Shown here: positions 10,800 through 22,631 of the stretch, one piece after another
How positions within the stretch are numbered: the first letter of the stretch is position 1
How the letters are laid out: every line of letters starts with the position of its first letter
Assembly: GCF_964355755.1 (NCBI RefSeq)
Contig: NC_092680.1
Span: 5,580,001-5,644,000, forward strand
Length of the DNA: 64,000 nt
From: Antedon mediterranea
Taxonomy: Eukaryota; Animalia; Echinodermata
Direction: 5' to 3'
Program-made: the position numbers and the translations under genes
Notes under the pieces: model-generated
Told to the model about the DNA's origin: nothing
Databases searched by the model: none
Seen by the model: the letters and a program-made list of their open reading frames with translations, nothing else

Positions 10800-12128
10800 T
10801 CTATATATAAATTATGGTTAATTCTGACATAGGCGAGCACAATGCAAAAACTTCTCTACAAATCTCCGCCTTGGATACCTACCTTATCTATCCGATATGT
10901 ACCGCGAAACGTAGATTTGATAACATTAGTGTGCACGCCGACGCTATTGTTCCATATTTATATCTTAGGAAGATATTATAAAGAGTTTTTTAACAACATT
11001 TATGATTTCAACATTGGATTTTCCTCTCAATTTCAATTCTTCCCGGTCAAAGTAATTTCCGGGTTTAAGATAAGTTCACCTTAGTTTCAAATATTTTCTC
11101 TCTTTTATACACAAGGGAGCAGTTAAAATAATAGATTTGACCCTAAAGGTGACTGGAAACAGGCACTTTCCATCAATCAATACAGTGTCCCTTTGAAAGA
11201 CGAAAAAAAAAATTGGCCATTAATCATAGCCATTTCAGTTTTTTGTTTATTTTAAAACATACCACACGTGTGTGAAGGTACAGTAGTTAAATAATAGGAA
11301 TTATACTGCAAATTAATAAAGATCAAATTAAATATACGCCATAAAGAATCAGAATATATTGTGGGGAATAGTATTATAAAATTACATAGGGAGATTTGAT
11401 AAGACATTTTTCGAGTGAAATCCCGATAGCTGAGTTTTATTGAGTAAGCTTGCAGGAATAACTGTAGGCTATCTTCCTGTGTCCCGTTAGGACCGAGATG
11501 TCTGCCCATGTTGCAAGCCGTAATGTCTTCTTTCTTGGGCCCACTCTGTCACGGCAGTTAGTTTCAAAAGATGATTAAATTAAATAATGTATTAATAATT
11601 ATTACAGGATGGTATTCATTTGAATAAACGCCAATAAAACATCACTTTGAATAATAACCCCCCCCCCCCCCCCCCACACACAACCCAACTATCTAATAAA
11701 CGTCCATTCACATATTTATAATAAGACAATTATACTATTTGTAGTAGAATTCACCGCACTGTTATCTGCAATTTACCAAGCATTTGTTATTCTTTTTTAC
11801 CACTTTTCATATCTATGAGAGGATTTCATTTGATTATAAATGTTACCATATTATTAGAACTAAAAAATTGAACATATATCCCTCCAATAAGCACCTCCCT
11901 CAAATGACCTCCGCCTCCCCAAAGGGCCCTACCAAACAATAAAAACTATACTTTAAAATGTTATTAATCATCTAAAACACTGTGAAACAAAGTAGTTTAG
12001 TTTTACGAATGTCAAGCATTTTCAATAATGGTAACCGACAGAAAAGGTATAAGGAGAACATTATCATTCCGAGAACCATCGTCTACACTTCCTAGAGGGG
12101 GAGCGAGCGAAGCGAGCTCACCCTCTAG
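10800..12128 (+). mobile_element. Non-autonomous Helitron
   Basis: 5' TCTATATATAAA; 3' hairpin ctagagggggagcgagcgaagcgagctcaccctCTAG. Inserted between A and T with no TSD. The paralogous empty site (acacatac) is at ~7691-7698. Confidence 0.85.
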
Positions 12129-13050
12129 TACGTCAAACTAAGACTAAGCAACAGCAAATGTCACCAAACAGAGCCCTCGATCCCTCTATACACTCAATGA
12201 AGCTCTATCTTACATGGCACTGTTTTTAACATTATCATAATCACATGAGCCAAGACTATCTCAAGTTGTGGAAACAGTAGTCGGACATGTGAATATACAC
12301 TAAAATATCCATATTGAATTCAGGAAGTTACTTTAAAAATAATATTACACTACTTATACGTCACTGAGTAAAGAATTCTTTCTTATGTAAACAAAAATAC
12401 TATACACTGAGCATATTTATGAAAGAAAGGTGTATTTTACAACGTTTTAGATTCATAGATACGATATATAATGTATATTAATTATAAATTAACTGTATAT
12501 GATGACTAATGATTAATTATGAGAAAATAACATACTGTAGCTAACGTATTTTCGAATAATATGTCAACGTATATAATCTTAAACAGTGTCCGTTTCACAA
12601 TGATGTTATAGTCGATAAATATTTTGTCATCATAAAACATCCAATTTTTTTAAGTATCTTGCGGTATTCAAACTTCTCGATGATATAATTATATTATATT
12701 GTTAAACAAGTTGAATGCAGGAACTTGTTCTGCATAAATAAATGCCATTAGGAAAATAAAATAAACAAAAATACAAAAGAATTGCATGGATTTAAATAAA
12801 AAATTTAAGAACAACCGATGCATAACGATTTAATGGTGTAAAATAAAAAGTAAACATTTTTGTGCGGAGCGTGTGTTCTACAGTATGCTGTTCAAGTACT
12901 ACACCAAGACAGACGTAGATCATTGTGGCGTACTGATTGCAGGATATTTTGAAATGAAACAACTCAAATATTGAAAAAAATCGTATATATTTATGTTTAT
13001 TACTGGATGTGTACTAAAAGTATGTTTTGATTATACTGTACTGGAATGAC

Positions 13051-13866
13051 ATGATGCTCACCAGGCGTAAGGTATTTGTTTGGTTTATATTTCCTGTTGT
13101 GTGTAACTACTGCTTAGTTTCTGAAGCTGTTACTACAATACAACTAATGAATCTTGAAGTATTTGCTGGTGAAAATGCTGTATTTGAGTGCAATGGTGAT
13201 ACAATAAGCTCTTCATCCAAGTGGCAATGGTTTAAGGGTGGTGGTATAATAATATACAATGAAGGTGAGTTTGTAGTAAATGGATATGAAATAATGATAA
13301 GCAACAGTAGTAGTAGTATCGGTTGTTCTACTGTTGCTTATCATTACTTCATATCCATTTACTACAAATATATTCACAATATTGAATACTACCATTGAAG
13401 ATGGAAGTGTGTATCATTGCCAACTTGGTTCAGCATCACCAGAAGCCACTTTAACAGTTTTGGGAGTGAAATTAAACTCACTGTATCCGCAGTGTGAAGC
13501 TGACACCTCATTACTGAACACAAACAAAACTGCACAAATAATGTGTAGCGCAAAAGGAGGTTACCCCAGACCAGAATTACAATGGTACAGCAACGGAGTC
13601 AAAGTATCGGAAAATGAAGATTTTTTTTTAATTTTGCTATTGGCATATTGGTTAAATTTAGCAAACTGTTAACACCATTCACATCTTTTTGCATGAATAA
13701 TACTGATTCTGATCAAAATAGTGGAAATCAAGAAATGCGCACTGCTGGACCTTGTTATCAGAATACAATCATAGAAAATGATCAGACAGTATCTGGAGAA
13801 ATGACGTATTCAGGGCTAGTTCCAACAACTCCCTCAATATACACAGAACTAAATAAAATAAAGTAA
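13051..13866 (+). pseudogene. IgSF receptor 5 pseudogene (ITAM-type tail); inverted duplication in the V domain and a large internal deletion
   Basis: Starts MMLTRR..., is broken by a fold-back insertion at 13270-13368 and resumes in another frame. It then jumps at ~13620 from mid-Ig2 directly to the end of the TM. The tail ENDQTVSGEMTYSGLVPTTPSIYTEL is retained. Confidence 0.9.
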
Positions 13867-15091
13867 ATGAATAATAGTCATACATTAGACTCTTTTTCTG
13901 AAGATGTTATATGTCTGGATCACTATGAATTCAATCTATGCATTTTGTACATGGTAATCACTGATTTACGTTGGTAGTCCGTTTCTTTGTGTATATTATT
14001 GTACCATATTAAATGATAGTGCGTGTACGTTTAAAAGGTATCTAACAATGTGGTGGAATGGTTATACATTCATTCGAAATGGATTCTGAAACAAAACATA
14101 TAGTTTAGCAATAATATTCGAAAAGTTGGCTAATCTTCTTCCAAACTATGTTTGGTTTTGTATATGCTAGTATAATAATCTAATTATTATGGTAATTATA
14201 CTTCTCCAAAATGGTATTGGTTATAAAAGATATATGTAATAAAAACAGAATACTATATAAAATTATTGTGACTCGAATTACTTACTTTATATTGTAAACT
14301 GATTTATAAGAATAAATATTACACTATTATCATTCACATGTGCTGTAATAACTGAACAAATATGATTGGACAGGGTACAAGGATCATACAAATTGCCATG
14401 ATTTTAAAGTTGCATCCATTAGAAATTATGAATAAGTTATAGTTATTAGACGACCTAACTAGGTCAGGTCAATCGGTGTGTCGTCGGTCATCGCTTAGAC
14501 CTAGAACCATCAAACCTATGTCGAGGAAACACTCCCAGCGCACAGTGAATTGAAATTACTTTGGTCGCATGTCTTGCTTTTGAAATAATGCATATTGCGT
14601 GCCTGGCAAACTGACTAATCGAAAGATTAAATTATGAGAGAAAACACACAAACTTCATTAACTTTAATTCCGTAGCTATCATATTTTTTTCTGTATATAA
14701 ATAACCTAATACTGTAATACAAACACATTTTGTAAACTCTTCTTATTGTTCATGAACACTATGTTGCGTTGCATGAGAAATGGGGAAAACCTATGACCAT
14801 TAAATTACAGGGCGTGTATCATATGTGCTACTCATAGAAAATGTATCATTCATCATAAATATTATCTACAAAAGTACAGCAAATTATTGTTATAACAGTA
14901 ATTACTAGGTACACTAAAGAAAATGTACTTTCTAACAATGGAGTAGTATAAATATCACTAGTGCATAACGATTTGATGACATAAACGAGATTTAAAGTAC
15001 AGTCTCAGAGTGAATGACGACGTATAACGTGACGAACCTGTTGCTCTGCTATTTTAAGAGAAAACAGACCAAAAGTATATTAAATTCTGCA

Positions 15092-16419
15092 ATGGTGTTC
15101 ATCGGTTGTTTTAAGCTTTTCTTTGGTCTATATGTCTTATTTCGTCAAACTACTGTTTAACCTCTGAAGCTTTTACCATAATTGAACCACTGAATCTTAC
15201 TGTACTTGCTGGGGAAACCGCTGTATTTCAGTGTAACACTGATCGGGTAGACCAGGCTCTTTGGCAATGGTTTAAAAATCGAAATAAACCAATAGCTGTG
15301 GAAAATGGATATGTATCAGATGAATACATTATGTCGGTTAGTGGAAGAACAAGTGAGTTGATGAAACATAATACTACTACTGAGGATGATCAAAGTCAGT
15401 ATCATTGCCAGTATATTTCTTCCTCGTTATACGCTAATCAAACGGTTATCGAGAAGTTGGACGTTATGTATCCATTATGTGAAACGACTATAACGTCCAT
15501 AAACAGTGATAAAACTGTCTCAATATCATGTAGTGCAAAAGGAGGCAACCCAAGACCAGAATTACAATGGTACAGAAACGGAGTCAAACTATCAAAAAAT
15601 AGCGGTAAGTCCACATACTACGACGTGTTAAAACGTTTATTGACTTATGAAGATGAACAAGCAGTGTTTGTGTGTAAAGCTGAGGGATTGGCTGTTGACG
15701 GAAAACAAACATGTAGTGTGAACTTAAATGTTCGTCCAGAAGTCATAATAACTTACACAACAATTTCTTTCGAGGTTGGAGATTCTCTAGAATTTAAATG
15801 TAGAGTAATGACTCCGTGGAAGATCATAGATTACGTTTGGAAAACCAATAACACGTTGGTGACTACGTCAGGCTATAGTTTTATTCTAACAGATGACAAG
15901 ACAGTGCTCATAATTAATAATTTAAAATCGAGTGACACAGACGTAGAAATAAAATGTCAAGTGACAACGGCATCAGGTCTAACCGGTAGTGATTCAGTAA
16001 CAATTTCACTAAGTGACCGTGAATCAGATTGGTTATTTGTTGTTTTATTTGCTGGAGGAATCATCTTTATGTTTATTTTTATATCAGTATGTCAGAAAAA
16101 ACAAGAGAAAGCATCAGTCGCCACAATACTTGAAACACTTCAAACGCCCAATCAATCAAACGCTGACATACAAAACATTGTTTCCCAAGAAAATCCTACC
16201 TTAACATATGACCAAACAGATGATGAACGTGGGTCATCATTAGTTGCCATCATTAATAGTAGCAGTGAAGAATCGTCAGAAGCCGAAACTGAACGTGTAA
16301 CACAAAGTCCAACGCCTTCGAACGAATCTACAGGGAATCAGACGTCCGACGTTGATGAAGACAGTAGCATTGGCAGCTTTTGTAGTTTCTATAGTTTTGA
16401 TGACGAAGATACCGAATAA
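15092..16419 (+). pseudogene. IgSF receptor 6: intact from 15115 onward but with a 1-nt frameshift in the signal peptide (pseudogene, null allele or assembly indel); short acidic tail
   Basis: The ATG at 15092 (MVFIGCFKLF) is out of frame with WSICLISSNYCLTSEA...; the main frame has a TAA at 15112. The indel lies in the T-rich cttttcttt run. Three Ig domains and TM WLFVVLFAGGIIFMFIFISV follow. Confidence 0.65.
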
Positions 16420-17157
16420 TTTCCTAACAAGAAAATCATTTTGATGCTGTACAATTAGACATCATGATATATTATATAATGTGTTTGATTAGTTATTCAA
16501 TGTATCTATTCTTTTCAACTACTAATATTTTAGTGGTAATTTCCACACACAAATGTGTAGTTTAATAATCAATATCTTTACAGTAAATCATTATTCATAA
16601 AGTATAATCAAAACGATAATTATACTAGGCCTACTTTTAGATAATGATGACTATAGAAACTGTAATGTATATTTTATAGTTAGTTTATTGATATTTTAAA
16701 CCGTATTTGTTAAAAAGAATTGTAATTATTATTATTATAATGTTACTGAAAGTTTCAAACGAATTTAAGTGGGTCGCCCCCACGAAAAAGAAAAAAAAAG
16801 ATAACAACTTGGCAATGATTAATTACATTAGGCCTAAATTAAAAATATGAAATATCAATTTTAGTTTAAAGCGTAGTATCTTGAAATATAAAAATCATAC
16901 TATTTATATGAAATCATGTTATTCGTTTACACATCGTAATTAAAAATATATTATATGGGGTTACAACTGAGAAATATTGATATCGGTTCCATTTTTACCA
17001 TATAGGCCTATTTAGTTTAATGTAGACTGTTATTCAATTCAATTGAATTGCATTCTCTGGCTCATAGAAAATAAACTAAATGAACAACATTTAAAAGTGT
17101 GAGTACAATATATCAGAATACCATTCTATCTGGAGAGCATCTTTGATTCATATGATG

Positions 17158-17825
17158 GTAGGGTGCCTCAATGGGAAAAATGACAAGAATCGTTACACGA
17201 ATGACAAAGTTTTCAAATGTTGCATATATGTTCACTAGGGCATATTATAGACTCGAAAAATACTGTAGCAAAAAAAAAAGTTGTTGGCTACGACCATATA
17301 TGAGGCATTTTCAAAATGACGGCCAAAACTAAAATATGGTCTATATCTCGTTCATTTTAGTGTCAAAATGCTCAGAACATAATATATTTCTATTCGTAAT
17401 AATACCTTTTTTGTCAGGAAATGGCCGGAATCACAATTTCCGTAATTGTGACCTTTGACCCTAGTGTGCTCATATCTTGATAACTACTTGTTGTAGAGAC
17501 ATGCGATTGGGCTTAACTTGTTACCGACATATATGTTAAAATGTTGTCCTAAAGTGACTGGAAACCACGGTATTGACCCTTGATAGTCTCAAATTTCGGT
17601 AACTGATGGGCATAAAATCGTAATATTGAGCTTAAATTATGCAAGACGTATACTATTTATATTTGAATATAATGACTAAATGTGTTTGTAATTTGGTCTA
17701 ATTAACTGTTTGTAGCCAAACAATTTTTTTTTTGGCTATAGTGATTTTTCGAGTCTATAAGCCCTAGTGAACATATATGCAAACTTTGTCATCCGTGTAA
17801 CGATTCTGACTCAAAGACACCCTAC
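17158..17825. mobile_element. Non-autonomous DNA transposon (MITE) with long terminal inverted repeats (~115-135 bp)
   Basis: gtagggtg...gaatcgttacacgaatgacaaagtt...gcatatatgttcactagggc...tatagactcgaaaaat is mirrored by atttttcgagtctata.gccctagtgaacatatatgc.aactttgtcatccgtgtaacgattc...caccctac. Confidence 0.85.
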
Positions 17826-18414
17826 TAAATATATTGTCTAATATATTTTCACGTGTATTAGATCTACACATCAGGCCATGTATCGTTTTTCTTTTAAAAT
17901 TATAAAAATAATTATACACTCTGTAAACATGAAGATGACACAATGTCGAGGCTTTTACATCAATATTCTTAAATCATCACTATACTGTATACCGAGATCA
18001 CAAGACCCTAGATTATAGTATGTAGTAGGCTATAACACATTATTTAAGTTATGACCACATGAAATTGTAGTGTGCATTGGCATGGGAGAAGCTAGTAATC
18101 AGAGAACTATCTCCACTCTCCCCCTCTCTGTTCTTTCCCCTCTCCTATCCAAATTACATTTACAACTCTCTTGATCAGGAAGTTAACAAAATAAATGGTC
18201 TCTTACTAGTATTTCTAACAAAATGACTACACACAAAGATCACAAAAGAACCCGGATACTCGTACGGTAAGTTTAAGCATCGGAGCATAACGACTTTATA
18301 ACAAGTGTATATACGATGTTACAGCACTACACCAAATGGTTGACTGATTGCGTTGACTTTTTGGTTGCACGTTGGAGTAGGACTGGATATATGTTTTGAT
18401 GATACTAAGATGTT

Positions 18415-20469
18415 ATGATGTTCACTCTTTGGTCTATATTTTCTGCTCTGTATCTGTACTCATTAGTTTCTGAAGCTGTTACCACTATAAAACCATTGAA
18501 TCTTGAAGTATTTGCTGGCAAAAATGCTGCATTTCAATGTAACACTGATCAGAATGGGACAGCTTTATGGCAATGGTTTAAAAATCGCAGAAATCCAGTA
18601 GCCACAGAAAATGGATATGTATCAGAAGGATACAGTATGACTGTTAGTATAGGAACAAGTGAGTTGACAAAATATAATACTACTATTGAGGATGACCAAA
18701 CTCAGTATCACTGCCAGTATATTTCGTCTTCGTTATACGCTTATCTAACGGTTATCACGAGGTTAGACGCTATTTACCCGTTGTGTGAAACAAATACAAC
18801 GTCAGTAAACAGTGATAAAACTGTATCAATATCATGTAGTGCACAAAGAGGTAACACAAGACCGGAATTACAATGGTACAGAAACGGAGTTAAACTAACA
18901 GAACGAGTTGATTTCTTTAATGGTAAGTTATTCATTGACGAGTTAATACGTGCACTGACTTATGACGATGAAGGAGCAGTGTTCTTGTGTAAAGCCGAGG
19001 GTTCAGCAGTCGGAGAAAACCAATCATGTCAGGTAAAGTTGAATACTCGCCCAGACGTCATCATAACTTATGCAAACAAATCTTTTACCGCTGGAGATTC
19101 TCTAGAATTTACTTGTACAGCAATGAGTCCATGGAAGATCATTTCTTACGTTTGGACAATAAACAATGAGTTGGTAACTGCGTCAGGGCACAGCTTCAGT
19201 CTAAAAGATAACATGACAACGCTAGTTGTTAGTGATTTACAATCTAGTGACGATGACGCAGAAATAAAATGTGAAGCAATGACAAAATCTGGTCTTACCA
19301 GTACTGATTCAGTCACAATTTTATTTAACGACATTCCAATAACCACTGACAGTGAATCTGTTTTTCCAATTTTCATTTTATATATTGGAGGAGTCCTGCT
19401 CTTGATATTAATATCCATCGTAATTGTAATATTAGTAAAACGTAGGAAAAAACAAGGGAAAACATCCATAACCAAAACAGAACGTGTAAGATTTCAAAAT
19501 TCAACTCATTCAAAAGATGGAATAGTGAACATTATTTCTCTAGATAATCCCACCTTCACATATGATCCAGAATCTGTTAACGAGATTAACGAAGATTTTA
19601 ATAATCCTCATGTCGTGAAGATTAGACTTAATGATTATGATATTGGTGATAACGGTACTGATGAATTTAGGTCATACGAAGAACAAGGTTTTGAAACTTA
19701 CGCAAATGCAGAATCCGCTGCAAGCATTGGAAGCTTTTGCAGTTTTAACAGTTTTGATCAAGATGATGGAGATTTTCGTCCTGTTTATGATGATGTTGGA
19801 AGCCAACCTAGTATAGATATTGGTCTTGATATGCAAGAAAGTCAGATGAACAGGCACACTAATACATTAGTAGAAACAATTAGTGTTGATGATTTATACG
19901 CAAAACCAATAAAGAAGAGACGGGTAAAAGGTGACACCAGATCTCTTGATGGAATCGATAATGTTGAAGAACAATACGCAAAACCGATTAAGAAGAATAA
20001 AAGTAACCTACTACATCGGCAATCAATACACCAATCTCTTGAAAACGTACTAAGACCAAATATAAAAAATGACACGTTTTATAGCACAGTAGAGTCATTT
20101 GATGATCTATATGCTAAGCCTAATAAAACTCGTGTAACTGGACAGCCTAAAGAGTTCAAATCTAAACAGAGCTTAAAGCCGAAACTCCCGCCAAAACCTA
20201 CGCATATTGATGGGCGTTCTACCATTCGTAAAAAGTTAGACCCTGAAGCGAGCGACAAACCGAAACCTCCTACCAAACCTAGCCCTATCAATGGGCGCTC
20301 TTCGGTTCGTGAAGACTCCGACCAAAAGCAACGTACCAAACCAAAACTTCCTCCAAAACCTAGGTCAACTAATAGTGATCATAAAACACTGTCAAATGTA
20401 CCATCTGGCAACCAGCTCATGCTAACTTCATTACCCTCAATGGATTTTACATATTCGAGTATTGCATAG
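18415..20469 (+). CDS. IgSF receptor 7: 3 Ig domains, TM, long tail with DDLYAKP-type motifs, KPKLPPKP proline-rich motifs and C-terminal DFTYSSIA
   Basis: Intact 684-aa ORF with leader, Ig motifs, TM IFILYIGGVLLLILISIVIVILV and basic stop-transfer KRRKK. Confidence 0.92.
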   Translation: MMFTLWSIFSALYLYSLVSEAVTTIKPLNLEVFAGKNAAFQCNTDQNGTALWQWFKNRRNPVATENGYVSEGYSMTVSIGTSELTKYNTTIEDDQTQYHCQYISSSLYAYLTVITRLDAIYPLCETNTTSVNSDKTVSISCSAQRGNTRPELQWYRNGVKLTERVDFFNGKLFIDELIRALTYDDEGAVFLCKAEGSAVGENQSCQVKLNTRPDVIITYANKSFTAGDSLEFTCTAMSPWKIISYVWTINNELVTASGHSFSLKDNMTTLVVSDLQSSDDDAEIKCEAMTKSGLTSTDSVTILFNDIPITTDSESVFPIFILYIGGVLLLILISIVIVILVKRRKKQGKTSITKTERVRFQNSTHSKDGIVNIISLDNPTFTYDPESVNEINEDFNNPHVVKIRLNDYDIGDNGTDEFRSYEEQGFETYANAESAASIGSFCSFNSFDQDDGDFRPVYDDVGSQPSIDIGLDMQESQMNRHTNTLVETISVDDLYAKPIKKRRVKGDTRSLDGIDNVEEQYAKPIKKNKSNLLHRQSIHQSLENVLRPNIKNDTFYSTVESFDDLYAKPNKTRVTGQPKEFKSKQSLKPKLPPKPTHIDGRSTIRKKLDPEASDKPKPPTKPSPINGRSSVREDSDQKQRTKPKLPPKPRSTNSDHKTLSNVPSGNQLMLTSLPSMDFTYSSIA

Positions 20470-21184
20470 ATGTATTCAGTATACAGTTGAGCTCAAAATT
20501 GCTTGGTAAATACAATGTTTTGAATTGAAAGGAACGATGCCGTTACTCATACCATGCCAAAAGACGATGAAATTCCTTTGACCATGGAGACTCAAAATAC
20601 AATGTTTAAAATATATTAAAACGTAGTTGCGTTGTAAAGTATACATTTAAAAAATTGCGCTCTTTCTAATTTTAAAATAGGCACCGAAATGGAACTGGGA
20701 TACATCAACTGAATTGATTTATGAAATTTTAGTTTCTTGATAACGGAAAATTTCGGAAGATTTCAGTATACTATGTTTATAGATGACAATTATTTCAGAA
20801 TGTTTATACATGTACGGTATTCATTTACATTGATATTAAATCCTTCACCCCTCTGTCTATAGGCCTAATTAGTATATAATCTGAGATCTTGAATACTTGC
20901 TTGTTTTGTATTTCGTATTGCAAAGCAAACGGACAATAGCGCTATAGAAAACATCTAAAGTTGATGATATGATTATGAAAGTTAAAGAGAAATTGAAAGT
21001 TCGAATAACAAAAGAAACACAACGTATAACTACTGAACTGAACTGAAGTATTATAATAGCAATACAGTATGAATACTGAATGCTCTGATTGAATAAAAGT
21101 GGTATTTTACAAAAGAAAGAATGTATAGTATGCCATATCGAAGTGTATTTTGTAATGTATAAATAGATAGGCAATCGCAATCAT

Positions 21185-21316
21185 TTTTAGTCGCGTGCAA
21201 TGCGACTCTACAGCTCACTATGTCGGTCGGTTGGTCGGTCGGTCGGTTGGCCGGTCGGTCGGTCGGTTGGTCGGTCGGTAAACGCTAACTCAAATTTGAG
21301 CACGCGACTACAGTCT
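21185..21316 (+). mobile_element. HINE/DINE-1-like short element with (GGTC/GGTT)n microsatellite; relatives at ~25700-25775 (+) and ~31900-32073 (-)
   Basis: tttttagtcgcgtgcaatgcgact hairpin, then tcactatgtcggtcgg microsatellite, then gagcacgcgact inverted repeat. Parts of this layout recur at the two other sites. Confidence 0.65.
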
Positions 21317-22631
21317 TGTTAATATTAAAAATTAATATCAAATTTAATCATTTTAATAAATTTTTCCAAATTGTTTATTGTATATAATAAATTATTTTGT
21401 TATACTTTTAAATATTTTCTGTACTTTTCTATTTTTACGCATTTTAAACTGGAGTGTATTAAAGATATTATTATTTGTATATTTGAAATTTTAATTGTTA
21501 ACATTGCCATTGTAAAACTGTATTGGGTAAACGTAACCGAAACAATAAACTTGTACAGTTTAATGATTACGCCTACACATTGTATTATTTTCCTCATGTG
21601 TATTAATAACTTTTGGAAATATTTTATTATGAACATTTTTACACTTTTTAAATGTGTCTATTATACTTGATAACAAAGTATAAAGAAGGTCCAGTACACA
21701 ACACACTATTAGACTGCAATTTATACGTGTACGTTATAAAATTCATTAGAATTGTTACAACGTTTAGATATTATATTTAAGTGTAATTGTGATTTGTAGG
21801 CCTACGCTCGTGAAAATATACTGGTATGTGTCATCTTATCATGAGTAATTTGTGATAATATATATGTTTGAAAAACGGTACACACGCACTTGCCAGCAGA
21901 GAATGTATCCAAAAAAAAGTGCGTATCCATGCGCGAGTACAATAGCACAAATACATTAAACGATTACAACGGTCATCATAATAAAGAACAATTTATCGAA
22001 GCCTACAAGCGGCAAATGAACAAATCAAAAAGTTAGTTCATATCATGGGATATGAGAAATCTAATAATAGACCAGCGAGAAACGAAATTTTACGCCATGG
22101 GCTCCAAATGGGTGGGGAATATCGGCGCTATATAAGTTTTCATTTATTATTATTAAGTATGAGTCCGCAAATGAAAACCTAATGAGTCACTAAAAATAAA
22201 AATAAATCTATCAAAATACAGGAAGTGAATTCCAAAATCTTTCGTCATCGTAAAAGAAACAATTTCTTTTGTTAAATGTCTATACAAAAGTATGGCCTTA
22301 CCACACATAAAGATTGGTTTAAAAACTTAGATCATAGGCAGCGATGCATAACGCTTTGGTAGTTGACAATGAAAATACAGTATTTTAGAATAGGGAAGCG
22401 TGAATGTTAATCACTGTCATAGGGTATCTGTATCAGTTAAACTGGAAGTAGCCTAAAACACTGGGCATATACAAAACTTTTCAATAATATTTGAAAATTA
22501 ATAGACATTGAAGACTATAGAAGAATATATCTGTGGCGTTTGAAATGTAAACAAGGCTGTTACTGTTTCGAACTATAATATTATATTTGATACTGCTGGA
22601 CATTTCATTTGAAATTTTTACTTATGATGCC

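Noticed and set aside
11658-11675. Poly-C tract as a regulatory or G-quadruplex element
   Set aside because: It is a simple homopolymer inside a Helitron interior, with no supporting context.
14541-14580. RAG recombination signal heptamer cacagtg near the Ig genes
   Set aside because: There is no nonamer at 12 or 23 bp, it is not adjacent to a V segment, and the genes are already complete single-ORF receptors.
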